Part shown: piece after piece, positions 1-11,156 of the stretch
Layout: each line of letters starts with the position of its first letter
How positions within the stretch are numbered: position 1 is the stretch's first letter
NCBI GenBank assembly: GCA_950097015.1
Contig: CATNEN010000001.1
Location: 3,844,001-3,908,000, forward strand
Direction of reading: 5' to 3'
DNA: 64,000 nt
Origin: Macrostomum hystrix
Lineage: Eukaryota > Animalia > Platyhelminthes
Notes under the pieces: model-generated
Database searches by the model: none
Told to the model about the DNA's origin: nothing
The model's input: only the letters and a program-made list of their open reading frames with translations
Translations under genes and position numbers: made by a program

Positions 1-2055
1 TATTAAGTTTAAGTAGGGACTAGCAAGAAACTAACGACTTTTCAATAATAACGAAAATCATAGAAATACTGCAATAGCATTAGCATAGCCATAGGGGAGG
101 GCCTTGCTTGTCAGGCAGGCCTAATTAGCTACGTAGCGAAGAACTGCAATATTGCAATAAAATATTAATTGCAACAGTCTTTTACACATGCTAACGTGAA
201 AAAAATCTCATAGCTCATAGGCCTAACTGGCTGCTGAGAAGAGATCACGGTCGACCGGGCGTGTCATGTCGGTTCACTCACTGTAGTTAATGGCCAGCGA
301 AGTGCTTATATGACAACTTGGGCTCTCTTTTTCTTCTCTTTTAAACTTGCAAGTTGGCAAAATTTGGTTAAAACAAAACTTGCTAATTCTTTACACAATA
401 ATTAACAGTATAGACAAAAATATTAACTTAAATAGGTTTTATAGGAATAATTAAAAAATGTATGGCTGAAGAATGTGTTCTGTACTTTTTACGCACAGTT
501 TAAATTACTTTATGGAAATAATATCGCGTCGTCGCAAACTTCAAACTTCATACATGAACTCAAGTCATAATTAGAGAGAATTTCTCATTCAACCAACTAT
601 TTCACGACTTTGGTACTAAAAGTTTACAGAATGCGTTACTTTAAGTAGACATACTCGTATTTCAGTATATTTCTACAAACAGCGATCACATATATTTATA
701 CATTACAGTTTGGACTGTTGCAATTGTGAATGTGATATGTGTCCAAACTCCAAACTCGATACTAAGTATTTAGTAGTCCCTGGGCGGTGAAAGCCCGATC
801 AGACTCCCTCAAAACGCCCATCCACGTATTTTAATTTACGCGAATCCTTAGTACTTTATCCGAATGTTAACTTGAATTTATTTATCTCCTTAATGTAATA
901 TATTTAAGACCAAAAATTGCATAGATAATTCAGATAATTGATAAGCAAATTCATAATTAATGAGCTATTGCGCAACTATTACGGAATATCACCCCCCCGC
1001 ACCTCCCCGCAAGCTTACTGTACAAAGTCGGGTCAATCAGAGTGCGGCAGGGCTCGGTACACATCTGCGCACGGTCAAGGCTGGAATGGGTCAACAGAGA
1101 CTTTCCATCACGCTTCTCGCACGTGATGCGTAAATTCTCCCCAATATAATCTCGTCGCTATTCCTCCAAAAAAGCCTTTCGTTCTGACATCTTCAGGCGC
1201 GCTTGCCTCCCGTTGGACCCTTTCGTCCCGTTCGACATGTTCCGACGTTCCGATAACTCGGACCCGTTGAACCCCTTCGGAGAAAATTTAGAAAGTTTTG
1301 AACCTCAATATTTAAACTTTAGAAACTGCCTCAGGTAGGATTGTGTAAAGTACAAAAGAAGCGCCTATGCGAAAGACCTTGCTTCCAGCAGCTCTGACCA
1401 GGACACCCAGTAGATTCTCAGCATAGAGTCCCTCTAGCGACCAATTATTGTTTCTCTTTCTGACCTTTAGTATTAGTCGTAGGAACCGGGGTCCCTGTCT
1501 CGTCAGTAGGTTTTAGTTATGGAATCTAGAACAGCAAGGGGTGGTGGCAGAACTACTCAAAGTAGTCCCTACCTTAAAACTCCATGGCTAGATTCAGAGG
1601 ATACAAAGGGACCTTGGCCAATAGGACCACAATCCAGCTACCAACCATCACTAGGGCCGGTGTCTCTGGGAGAGTAAGGCCTTATCCCCTTCCACCTTGG
1701 GATCAGCACCGTGGGATTCCAGCGCTCGAGAGTTGAGCCAATCCCAGGGTTCATCAAGTGCAACGTGACTCAGACTCTCCGCGGGTTATTTTTAACCACT
1801 GCCGCACTGCGCAATTGATTTTCTGCTCTGCCCCACTAGATACTGTCATGGGGACAATAATGATGCATAGTTACCGATAGCGATCTTCAATCTTCTCTGG
1901 TCTTGTAAAATTATGCACCGCTACTTACAAATATTGTCCAATCAAAGAACAACATGTACCTTTTCGAGGTATGCTCTAAATTGACATTATTATAACATCG
2001 GCAGTATTTTCAAGTAGCTGTTGGCACCTGGCGTCATGAAGCGAGGAGGCCATTC

Positions 2056-2197
2056 TATCTGCTGATCCCTGATCACAGATTTTATCTGCTGATCCCTGAG
2101 CACAGATTTTATCTGCTGATCCCTGAGCACAGATTTTATCTGCTGATCCCTGAGCACAGATTTTATCTGCTGATCCCTGATCACAGATTTTATCTGC
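2056..2197. repeat. 27-bp minisatellite, ~5 copies
   Basis: Unit TTTATCTGCTGATCCCTGAGCACAGAT repeated in tandem; source of the spurious QIKSVLRDQ ORF. Confidence 0.95.
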
Positions 2198-2644
2198 ATT
2201 CAGAATTGTTTGGCATCGTCCAAATTGTCTTTCCTTTGTGGTCTTTCTGTACGAAATCGGCGTCCAATGTTTTTCAAGTACTATTAGTACGAAGTAAATT
2301 TTAAATGAAGAAAAAAGTATTATATTAATCTTTTTTAGTGATAGGCTGCTTTACGCACGTTTTACGAGCTACGATCAAGTATTTTCTCCGAAAATACAAC
2401 TAAATATCATTTTATTTAAATCATTATCATACCTTTGTAAAGTTAAAACAAATTAGGCCCGTATTATAAAGAAAAAATCACGCTTCTTGAAAGTTTCGAA
2501 TCATTTTACGGGTTAAAACTATTGTCGCAAAGCGATAGATATTTTGGAGGCTTCAAAGATGCTACGAGCTGAAATAAAATATAAAAATGGGTGATATTTT
2601 TCTGGTCAATCTGCCCTTGTGTTAATTTTTTTGCTCAATATAGA

Positions 2645-3182
2645 TTAAGCGATCAGACGAGTTGTCATGGCAACAGCGGCAACGCAAGCGAGTAGAGAGC
2701 CGGCCGTGATGGGAGCGAATTTCACGCCACCATTGCACAAGTCGCTCGAGCAGCTAAAGCAGGTGCCAAAGAACAGCGTGCTAGGGCAAGTCGATGTGCC
2801 GCAGCCCTTGACGAACTATAGAAAATAAACGAAATATTGAAATTAGTACCTTCGACTAAAAGCTTTTTTATTATTTAAACTATTAATTAATTAAGTAAAT
2901 GCAATCAAACTCACGGCGTTAGAGCTGCTGTACACGTATTTGTAGCACACAGTTTCACCTGAGGAGCAAGTGGTCTGCGTGTTGATAGTCACACCAGCTG
3001 CTCCGCTGCCGGTGTAGCACTGCAGAGCCGCGCAAGGAACTAAAAAAATGTTAAACATCTAAATTGGAGCGAAAATCTTTATCCCACTTGTCAAGATGTC
3101 GAATAATATTTTGTAGGTTACGCAACAACTCACCAGCGACACAGACCAACACACAGGCGGCGATGCTAACGATGCTATTCAT
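2645..3182 (-). CDS. Ly6/uPAR (three-finger) GPI-anchored protein, paralog 1; exons 3182-3134, 3039-2915, 2815-2645
   Basis: Manual splice at GT-AG sites gives MNSIVSIAACVLVCVAVPCAALQCYTG...TCSSGETVCYKY...FVKGCGTSTCP...CFSCSSDLCNGGVKFAPITAGSLLACVAAVAMTTRLIA*: signal peptide, LxCY start, 8 Cys, DLCN end, hydrophobic GPI signal. Confidence 0.85.
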
Positions 3183-3915
3183 TTTCTATATGATGAATTC
3201 TACTTTGCTAAAGGGTTCTATTTTTGATAGATCTCTCTTTACCTGCCGAGAAAATATCTAGCCAGGAAGAATTATTTGGATGCTTAAATACCTATTCAAT
3301 CCTGCCCCCACGCAACGCAAAGCAAGTGCTTATTTTTCCTATACCAATTTTTTCCTTCTCTATCTTTATCCAATAGGTAAAACGCTACGATTTGGTCTAC
3401 GATTTTGTACACCCAGCGATGCGCAACTCAGCATTTTGGTCTCTCCCTCTCTCCTCGTCACCTTAGCAACAATGAGAGAATGCTACAGAATCGTTTCAGC
3501 TTGCAACTGAGCGATGAGTGTGGATTACCTAGCAACCCGGCTAGGTAAGTAGGCTTAGCTGCTACTGTAGCTCGTCTAATTGCGTTCCTTTAAGCTGGGA
3601 AATTAAGCTTTCGAGTGGATATTCGAGGGGGTCAACCATAAAGGAGATTAATTCTCTTCTAACAAAGGTTTCGCAATGCGACCAATTATTGAGTGTAGAG
3701 AACCAAGGGTTGTTTAAGCTCGTAAAGTGTTATCATTCTTTTTAACGACATAAGTTTATATATATAGAACAAGAGGCTTTTAACTGAGTCCTTTTCGGCA
3801 TATCCAGTACAGAATACGGAGTTCTATAGGGGTGTAACGCCTGCAACTTTTGGGAGAGAATTACCCCTCCCTCTGGTGTTATTAGTTAACAGTGTTAATA
3901 GCGGGTGTTAACCGA

Positions 3916-4600
3916 AACCTAAATCCATTGCCGTGTGACCTAAATCCATTGCCGTGTGACCTAAATCCATTGCCGTGTGACCTAAATCCATTGCCGTGTA
4001 ACCTAAATCCATTGCCGTGTGACCTAAATCCATTGCCGTGTGACCTAAATCCATTGCCGTGTGACCTAAATCCATTGCCGTGTGACCTAAATCCATTGCC
4101 GTGTGACCTAAATCCATTGCCGTGTGACCTAAATCCATTGCCGTGTAACCTAAATCCATTGCCGTGTGACCTAAATCCATTGCCGTGTGACCTAAATCCA
4201 TTGCCGTGTAACCTAAATCCATTGCCGTGTAACCTAAATCCATTGCCGTGTGACCTAAATCCATTGCCGTGTGACCTAAATCCCTTGTGGTGTAACCTAA
4301 ATCCATTGTGGTGTAACATAAATCCATTGTGGTGTAACCTAAATACATTGTGTGTAACCTAAATCCCTTGTGGTTTAACCTGAATCTCTTGTGTTGTAAC
4401 CTAAATCCATTGTGTTGTAACCTAAATCCATTGTGGTGTAACTGAAATCTCTTGTGTTGTAACCTAAATCCATTGTGTTGTAACCTAAATCCATTGTGGT
4501 GTATCCTAAATCCATTGTGGTGTAACCTAAATCCATTGTGGTGTAATCTAAATCCATTGCGGTGTAACCTAAATCTCTTGTGCTGTAACCTAAATCCGTA
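3916..4600. repeat. 21-bp minisatellite (ACCTAAATCCATTGCCGTGTG), ~32 copies, homogeneous on the left and decaying to the right
   Basis: Direct tandem periodicity. Confidence 0.95.
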
Positions 4601-5940
4601 TGGTGGCGCGACCTAATTCAATGAAAAATCTTATTCCTTGCAGAGTGACACATATTCTCTCAATAAACACCTGGAGTATATTACGTCGATACGCAAATAG
4701 TATTGCATGATCAGTTGCTTTGCATTTTAGTGTGCCTTGTAGTCATTAATTATTTTGCCTAATTAATCCACGGAAAATCGCTATCAGTTTGATGACCATA
4801 CTAATATATTTAAGCGTCATGCTGATTAGCAAATTGTTAATTTTTGCTGTGTGCAGCTATGATACTTATACCATTTTTTCCAGCAAATATTGTCTGCATA
4901 TTAGCTGGTGGTGATGAAGTAAGACAGTTTGTGGTTTGAAATTTAATCTCGTCTCTTCATTGTATATGGATTTTATGAAAGAATTGCTTCTATAGAATAA
5001 CTTGTGAAGGTGAGGACACCGATTAAAAAAAAGAATTTTGCCTCAGGTACAATAGAGCTAGCTATACGAGAGTTTTGAACAGCTGGTTCCAGTGTGGGGT
5101 GTTTCAAAACTGGCATATTATTGATGAGAATAGAATGAGTGCTGCCATTCACGGTATAAATAGGTACGTACTGAACTCATGTACGTGCTAATTGTGTTCT
5201 CCAACTTTAACAATCTTTAAGCTCTCACATATTTATAATTTATGTTTCGTTTGAATAGTTTAATCCTGTCAACTGACAAAATTGTACCGCAGTATTTTAC
5301 TTCAACAAAAAATATCTGGAAAGAGACTGTCCTCAGAACACTTAGAATCTAAATTAATAAGCAGCAGAACAATAGAAAGATAGTTTAGCTTGAACAACAA
5401 GTCCCAGCGGGAGTCTATACACCGATGACAGAATAGCAAAGACTGTACATGGTGTTCGTGTTTTGATAACCATGCGTCCACAGTTTACCAATTGGCTAAC
5501 CATGCGTCTTTCACCTCTCATAGTTTGCGGTGGTAACGTGGGGTTTGCATTTTTAACTGAATACTCGACAGACTCTTCGGACAGTTTGTTTAAATGAGTC
5601 TAAAACGTGCCTTAGATTGACGAGTGTATATACGAGTATATACTCTGTATTATAAGTACAAGAATACATTGAACGACCTACTTCTTTATTGGCAAAGAAC
5701 CGCGCACGTGCGAGCAAATAATTAATTGAGTAAATGCTAATATTTAACTATATTTTGACGTCAAATTACATAATTAAAATGTGTACTTTTAAAATTAAAA
5801 CGGCTTTGCACGTTACAAGCTATAGTGATATTTTCTTTAAATGTCGGCGAGATGGAAAAATATCGGTATTAACAGTTATTAAATATTCGCTATTCGTTGT
5901 CTAAAATTTTGTCCGATTACATTGCGCAGGTAAGGGAATT

Positions 5941-6218
5941 GAGTGGCAGAGTGGCTAACGCGTTTGCCTCTCGCACCAAGGTCCCTGAGCTCGATTCCGC
6001 GGTGAGGCCGAATTCATTTGGGGTGCAGCCGCGGAGAGAAGGCTTGGTGACTTGTCGTGCAATTTACGCCCTTGAGGGCCAACCTCCAAGGCACAGTGAA
6101 GTGTACACTGCCTGGCGATGAGAAAGTCAGGGCAGATGTACACACATGCGTGAGTGTGTGCCTGCGTACGGTATCTGTGTGCGTGTGCGCTCAGGAGTCA
6201 ACGAAATGGCAGGATCGC
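5941..6218 (+). mobile_element. tRNA-derived SINE (family A)
   Basis: A-box-like TGGCAGAGTGG and B-box-like GCTCGATTCC; body recurs on the minus strand at 27.7, 31.2-32.4, 47.8 and 48.5 kb. Confidence 0.75.
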
Positions 6219-7384
6219 AAAGTGATATCGTCACTCATGCCTAACGTCGTTTCTTAAAAACAGATAACAAATTCAATAAACAAAAAATCTGTCTATATAT
6301 TGGCCTGCAAGTTTTACTTACCTGCGCCAAATATCTATTAATACTCTATTCTGCTTGGAAATGTGTAAACATAAATTAATTGTGCACTGAGTATGCGAGT
6401 TCACAAAACACTTTGATCATAACTGACAAGTGGCTTTAAAAGGGTTTGTCACTGGAGCTACACACTGCAGGTTCAGTTAGGCTAGCGCAGCTATAGCTAA
6501 GGTCTGCAACAGTCAAAACAAAAGTGATCCACCCCTCGAGTGTGTCATGTGTCGTGGGTGGTGAATATCTGACATTTAACAATATCCATTTACTGTACTT
6601 GACTAGAATAGCCCCTCATTAGGAGCGACCAGCATGAAACTAATTAAATTTATTAAAAAATAACATTTCTTTCCTAAGAACTGTACAGCAGAACAAAATC
6701 TACCAAACTTACACAACACATTTATTTATTACTACATTTCAGTTTCAAGGTGAAAAATCATTGCTCAAATGGGTGAGGAAACAAATACAGCTGACAAAAG
6801 TGACACCTCTGCACCGGCCTGATCCCTCCTGAAAAGGCGCAGCAGGTGATAGAAAAACAAGCAAATTGTTTTGCTTATAATCTACAAATAGCACGATAAT
6901 AAGGTGTGTTAATTGGGCACAAGTTTTTAGTTTATTTTCTTCCTAGCAGGCAATAATACTACTACGAGTAATACGGTTGGGTATGCCGATCAGAGAAAAG
7001 CGAATATTCTAGGCCCAGATCTTGAATTAACACGAAAAAATATTGAACAGCTTTTAGGAAAATGCTTTGTGAATAATTGAACCTCGGGGGCGAAAGGCTG
7101 ACCTATCTGCGCACTCACCAGGACGACCTCCGCAGCGAGACCTACAGCGGCCTGCGTGATGCACTGTTTGCTGCGGATGCAGTGCAGAAAGATGCCGAAC
7201 CCAAACACGATTTGTGTAATGTAAGACCAAAAGGCTTTCTGTAGTGGTCTCAAAGTCTCCTCATTAACGTTGAGGTATTGCTAGGTTTTGTAAATATTTA
7301 TTATACCTCACACGCGTTTGAATATATCCTTAAACAACTAAAAAACAAGAGATTTCCCAAGGATTTCCTGCCGGCCACCCTGGT

Positions 7385-8723
7385 GAATGATCTGGGCTAC
7401 CCGCACAACAGACGGTGATCTCCAGAAATGGGTGGATTCGTAGTGGAGAAGCCGTTCAAAGGCCGAAGTGTTCGCGTGGACAACCGGTGTGATAATTATG
7501 AGACCTATTGTCACTTGCTCACGAAGTTACTCCACTCAGTCCCTTAATCACTGCCTGATTCACTTATTTGTTACAATTTTTTAGGTTTGTTGTTCCCTAA
7601 AATCCTGCCCTGCGACATGGCGACTTTTGCAAGCGACTTGTTCCGGTTGTTGCAAGCGAAGGAACCGGCACAGCCATTGCAGCCCCAGTCATCTGGCGAG
7701 GCCCCGCTGTCTGGCTGGGAAACAGCAAGACCAAGATGCGGCGGCTTCGAAAGCGCGTGCCGAGATCGCTGAGTACCAATCTGCCAGTTACATTGCCCGA
7801 TGGAGGCAGTGAACAGCATTCTGAGCTTCGACATAAGAGCAGTAACTAACGGTTTACACGACACTCGGCACTGACGGCTTTCTTTAAGCTGTGCCGAACT
7901 GACGAGTTCTCTCGAAGCCTGCTCTATACTGAAGTTCCGTCTTACTTCACCTGGCAACAGAGCGCCAAGGAATGGCAGATGTTGAAGGGCATCCGTGTGT
8001 GAGGCGAAGCACCAACGTCTCGCGGATGTATACAGTCTCCCCGAGAGCAGGCGAATTGTTTTGCATGCGCCTCCTGCTGCTGCACGTGCGGGAACCCCAC
8101 AGTGTCTACGAGGCACTGCACACCGTGGATGGCGTCCTGTGTGCTGATCCGAAGGCTGCGTGCATGGCTCTCGGTCTGCTGCAGCGAGACGACCAGAGGT
8201 TCTTGGAAGAGGCCGTGGAGTCACGCATGCCAAAAGCTCTGAGGCACCTGCTGGCAGTCATTCTAATCTGGGGTCAGCCTGAGGATGGCAAACACCTGTG
8301 GAGCGGCTTCGTAGCGGATTTCTGTGAAGATCTGCAACTACCACCACCCTGACCAGAGCGCCGAGAAAGTGACCGACATGGCACTGCGCGGCCACAGTCT
8401 GCCGGAGTACGGCCTTCCTGCAGCCTCCACGGCGCCACATGATGGGCCGCTGCAGTTCGACACAGTCAAGCAGGCGAGATCGCCCAGATGCGAGTTCCAC
8501 AGCTGACTGAAAAGCAGCGGGCCGTCTATAACTGCATCACTGCGGATCTGATTGCCGGCACTGGCGGTCTGCACTTTGTGGACGCACCTGCAGCATCCGG
8601 GTAGACCTTCGTCCTAGAGGTCCTGCTGTCTTTTGTGCGCAGCCGAGGCGAAGTCGCTATTGCAGTCGCAGCGTCCGGCATTGCTGTCACCCTGCTACCT
8701 GGTGGACAGACAGCCCATTCGGC
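7385..8723 (+). pseudogene. Helitron Rep/Pif1-helicase remnant
   Basis: RMYTVSPRAGELFCMRLLLLHVR...AACMALGLL...LRHLLAVIL (Helitron inter-domain block), then Pif1 motifs FVDAPAASG*TF and AIAVAASGIAVTLLPGGQTAHS; contains stops and frameshifts. Confidence 0.85.
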
Positions 8724-8735
8724 GTGAGTTTCGTA

Positions 8736-8942
8736 TTTTATGAGTGCATTTTTGCTTAGTGGCATGAGTATTACTGTTTTATGAGTGCATTTTTGCTTAG
8801 TGGCATGAGTATTACTGTTTTATGAGTGCATTTTTGCTTAGTGGCATGAGTATTTCTGTTTTATGAGTGCATTTTTGCTTAGTGGCATGAGTATTACTGT
8901 TTTATGAGTGCATTTTTGCTTAGTGGCATGATTATTACTGTT
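8736..8942. repeat. 41-bp tandem repeat, 5 copies
   Basis: TTTTATGAGTGCATTTTTGCTTAGTGGCATGAGTATTACTG x5. Confidence 0.95.
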
Positions 8943-9304
8943 ATATACTGTTACTGTAGTGAAACTATCGAGCGGTAGCATACATTTTTGAGGGGGAAGC
9001 ATAAATTTACGAGGGGGGAAAGTATATATTACAAGGATGTAGCATCAACTATCGAGTGGAAGCATAAATTGAGGGGGTATAGCATAAAATATTGAGGGGG
9101 TAGCAGGCTTCGTCGAAAGATAACATGATTAACATGATTTTACAAGGGATAGCATGATTAATTAAAGGTTTAGCATACCTTGAGTAAACATACAAGCTTT
9201 GTTGAGAGGGTAGCATATGCTTTTTCAAAGGAGCGCACGATATATCGATGTAGATTATTGATGGAAAGCATTAACTAATAAGGGGAAGCATGGATTATCG
9301 AATG

Positions 9305-9897
9305 TGTTGTGGGTCAAATTTAAATCCGCGCTAGAAAAATATACTGTACGTATACTGGTAATATTAGCCTTATTCGATTTGTTTAAAATGTAAAAATATA
9401 CTGAGCATATATCCAGCGTACGTGGAAAAATTACTATAAATACAGCCCAGTTTCAATTAGATAGCTAACCGTTTCGTGACCATTATTAAGAAACAGTTCA
9501 ATTCTCCTCGTGAGCAATCTTAACAAAGCCTTACTTATTTCTAAAGTAAGTGGAAGCCGTTGAAACCGATCCGGGGAAGCCCGAGTACAGACTGGCCAAA
9601 GAGCCTGAGTTATCTGACATATCTGTCTGAATCACCTGAGAGCATTGCCTCCAGAACTAACTAGATTTAATATCTAGAACATTACTGGCAGAAGGCCAGA
9701 AATATCGTGACAAAGAGCCACGCTACCCAAACTATCAGTAGTTTGTATAAGTCCACCCGAGCAGGGGTGTGGTATAATGTATATGTCACTCTAAAATGAT
9801 TGACAGGCAATAAGTCAGAAGTTTAGGCCAATTACTTACAGTATGAGGAGAGTTTGAATTACTAGAAAAGTGCAATTGTAGAAGAAGCACTACAACA
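9305..9897 (+). repeat. 5' LTR
   Basis: TGTTGT...ACAACA; TATAAA near 9436; matches 14791-15383 apart from one C/T difference I could spot (9349 vs 14835). Confidence 0.97.
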
Positions 9898-9900
9898 ACT

Positions 9901-9912
9901 TGGTGGCAGCGG
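9901..9912 (+). promoter_or_regulatory. Primer binding site, tRNA-Leu
   Basis: TGGTGGCAGCGG 3 nt after the LTR, complementary to the tRNA-Leu 3' end CCGCUGCCACCA. Confidence 0.85.
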
Positions 9913-9976
9913 AAAAGGATCGGAAAAGCGGCGGAATCTTACTTAGAAATAAGCTATTCATAGTCAAATAGTCAAA

Positions 9977-11092
9977 ATGAATGCCAACGATGCAATCGCC
10001 ATGCTAGCAGAAGAACTAAGAAACCGATTAGAGCTGGGACCGACGAGACATGTCAAAATTCAAAAATTCACGCCAAATCAGGAAATCAGAATTTGGCTGA
10101 CAGCCTTTGACCAGCGCTGCGAAGCTGAAGGAATAGAGGAGGCACACAGGAAGCGCGAGCTCCTAGCCAACCTCGATCTCTCAACTGCGTTTGCCGCAGT
10201 GCAGCGTATGAACTTACCGGACGATCTAGATTACGAAGAATTTAAAGAAAGACTAGTGGAACGTTTCGGAAGAACAGGAAGCTCCGCCGAATTTAGGGAA
10301 GAATTTAGAAGCCGTAGTCAAGGACGCAACGAACCAGTGGAAAATTTCTCTGACGCTCTTATCGAACTAGCTACCAGAGCATTTCCGAATATGACCGCAG
10401 AACAGAGAGAAGAAGAAATAATAGAACAATTTATTAAAGGAGTGAAAGTACCGGCTGAAACCAGAGAGAAGCTTATTTTTGCTGCACCAGCAACTCTACA
10501 AGATGCAAGGAGAATGCTGAGACGCATGGAAACAGCGTGGAACATGTCCCACAAAGGTGTTAGTATGAAGATGGCCAAGAGTGATGAAGCTGAACAAAAG
10601 AGACAGAGCAGGATTGAAGAAATATTGCTGAGGCAACAAGAAGAACTAGAACAACAAAAGAGAACCATGCAAGAACTCATGGTCAGTGTTCAGATGGCTA
10701 CTCAGAACCTGCAGCAGCAGCAGAACTATCCGCAGCAGCAGAACTATCAGCAGCAGCAGAACTATCAGCAGCAGAATTATCAGCAGCGGCAGAACTATCT
10801 GCAGCAGCAGCAGAATTATCAGCAGCGGCAGAACTATCAGCAGCAGCAGAACTATCAGCCGAAACAGCAGCAGAACCATCAGCAGCAGCAGAACTATCAG
10901 CGGCAGAACTATCAGCAGAGACAGCAGTCAAATACTCAAGCGCAACAGCAGCAGTTGCAGAACTATCAGCAGCAGCAACAGCAGCAGGATCGCCCGCCGC
11001 GGATCTGCTTCAATTGTGGCAATAACGGGCATGTGGCCAAATTCTGCCGAAGTTCTGGACCGGCTAATTCCAATCAGCAGCAGGGAAACTGA
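9977..11092 (+). CDS. gag: Gag (capsid-like region, QQNY-rich tract, CCHC zinc knuckle)
   Basis: EFRSRSQGRNEPVENFSDALIELA (retrotransposon gag MHR-like), QFIKG, CFNCGNNGHVAKFC. Confidence 0.93.
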   Translation: MNANDAIAMLAEELRNRLELGPTRHVKIQKFTPNQEIRIWLTAFDQRCEAEGIEEAHRKRELLANLDLSTAFAAVQRMNLPDDLDYEEFKERLVERFGRTGSSAEFREEFRSRSQGRNEPVENFSDALIELATRAFPNMTAEQREEEIIEQFIKGVKVPAETREKLIFAAPATLQDARRMLRRMETAWNMSHKGVSMKMAKSDEAEQKRQSRIEEILLRQQEELEQQKRTMQELMVSVQMATQNLQQQQNYPQQQNYQQQQNYQQQNYQQRQNYLQQQQNYQQRQNYQQQQNYQPKQQQNHQQQQNYQRQNYQQRQQSNTQAQQQQLQNYQQQQQQQDRPPRICFNCGNNGHVAKFCRSSGPANSNQQQGN

Positions 11093-11156
11093 GGAGCGAG
11101 GATCGAGCAGAGAGGCCCCGATCCTCCAGAGTAACTACTAGCGAATTATTGGCCTC
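11083..11156 (+). promoter_or_regulatory. -1 programmed ribosomal frameshift signal (G GGA AAC plus predicted H-type pseudoknot)
   Basis: Slippery heptamer just before the gag stop; -1 frame is open from 11089 into ORF2; stem 1 GAGGATCG(11098-11105)/CGATCCTC(11119-11126); loop GAGGCC pairs with GGCCTC(11151-11156). Confidence 0.85.

Noticed and set aside
3882-4557. ORFs with LNPLPCD / HGNGFRS / TAMDLGH repeats
   Set aside because: Translations of a 21-bp minisatellite that is open in several frames on both strands; no unique coding flanks
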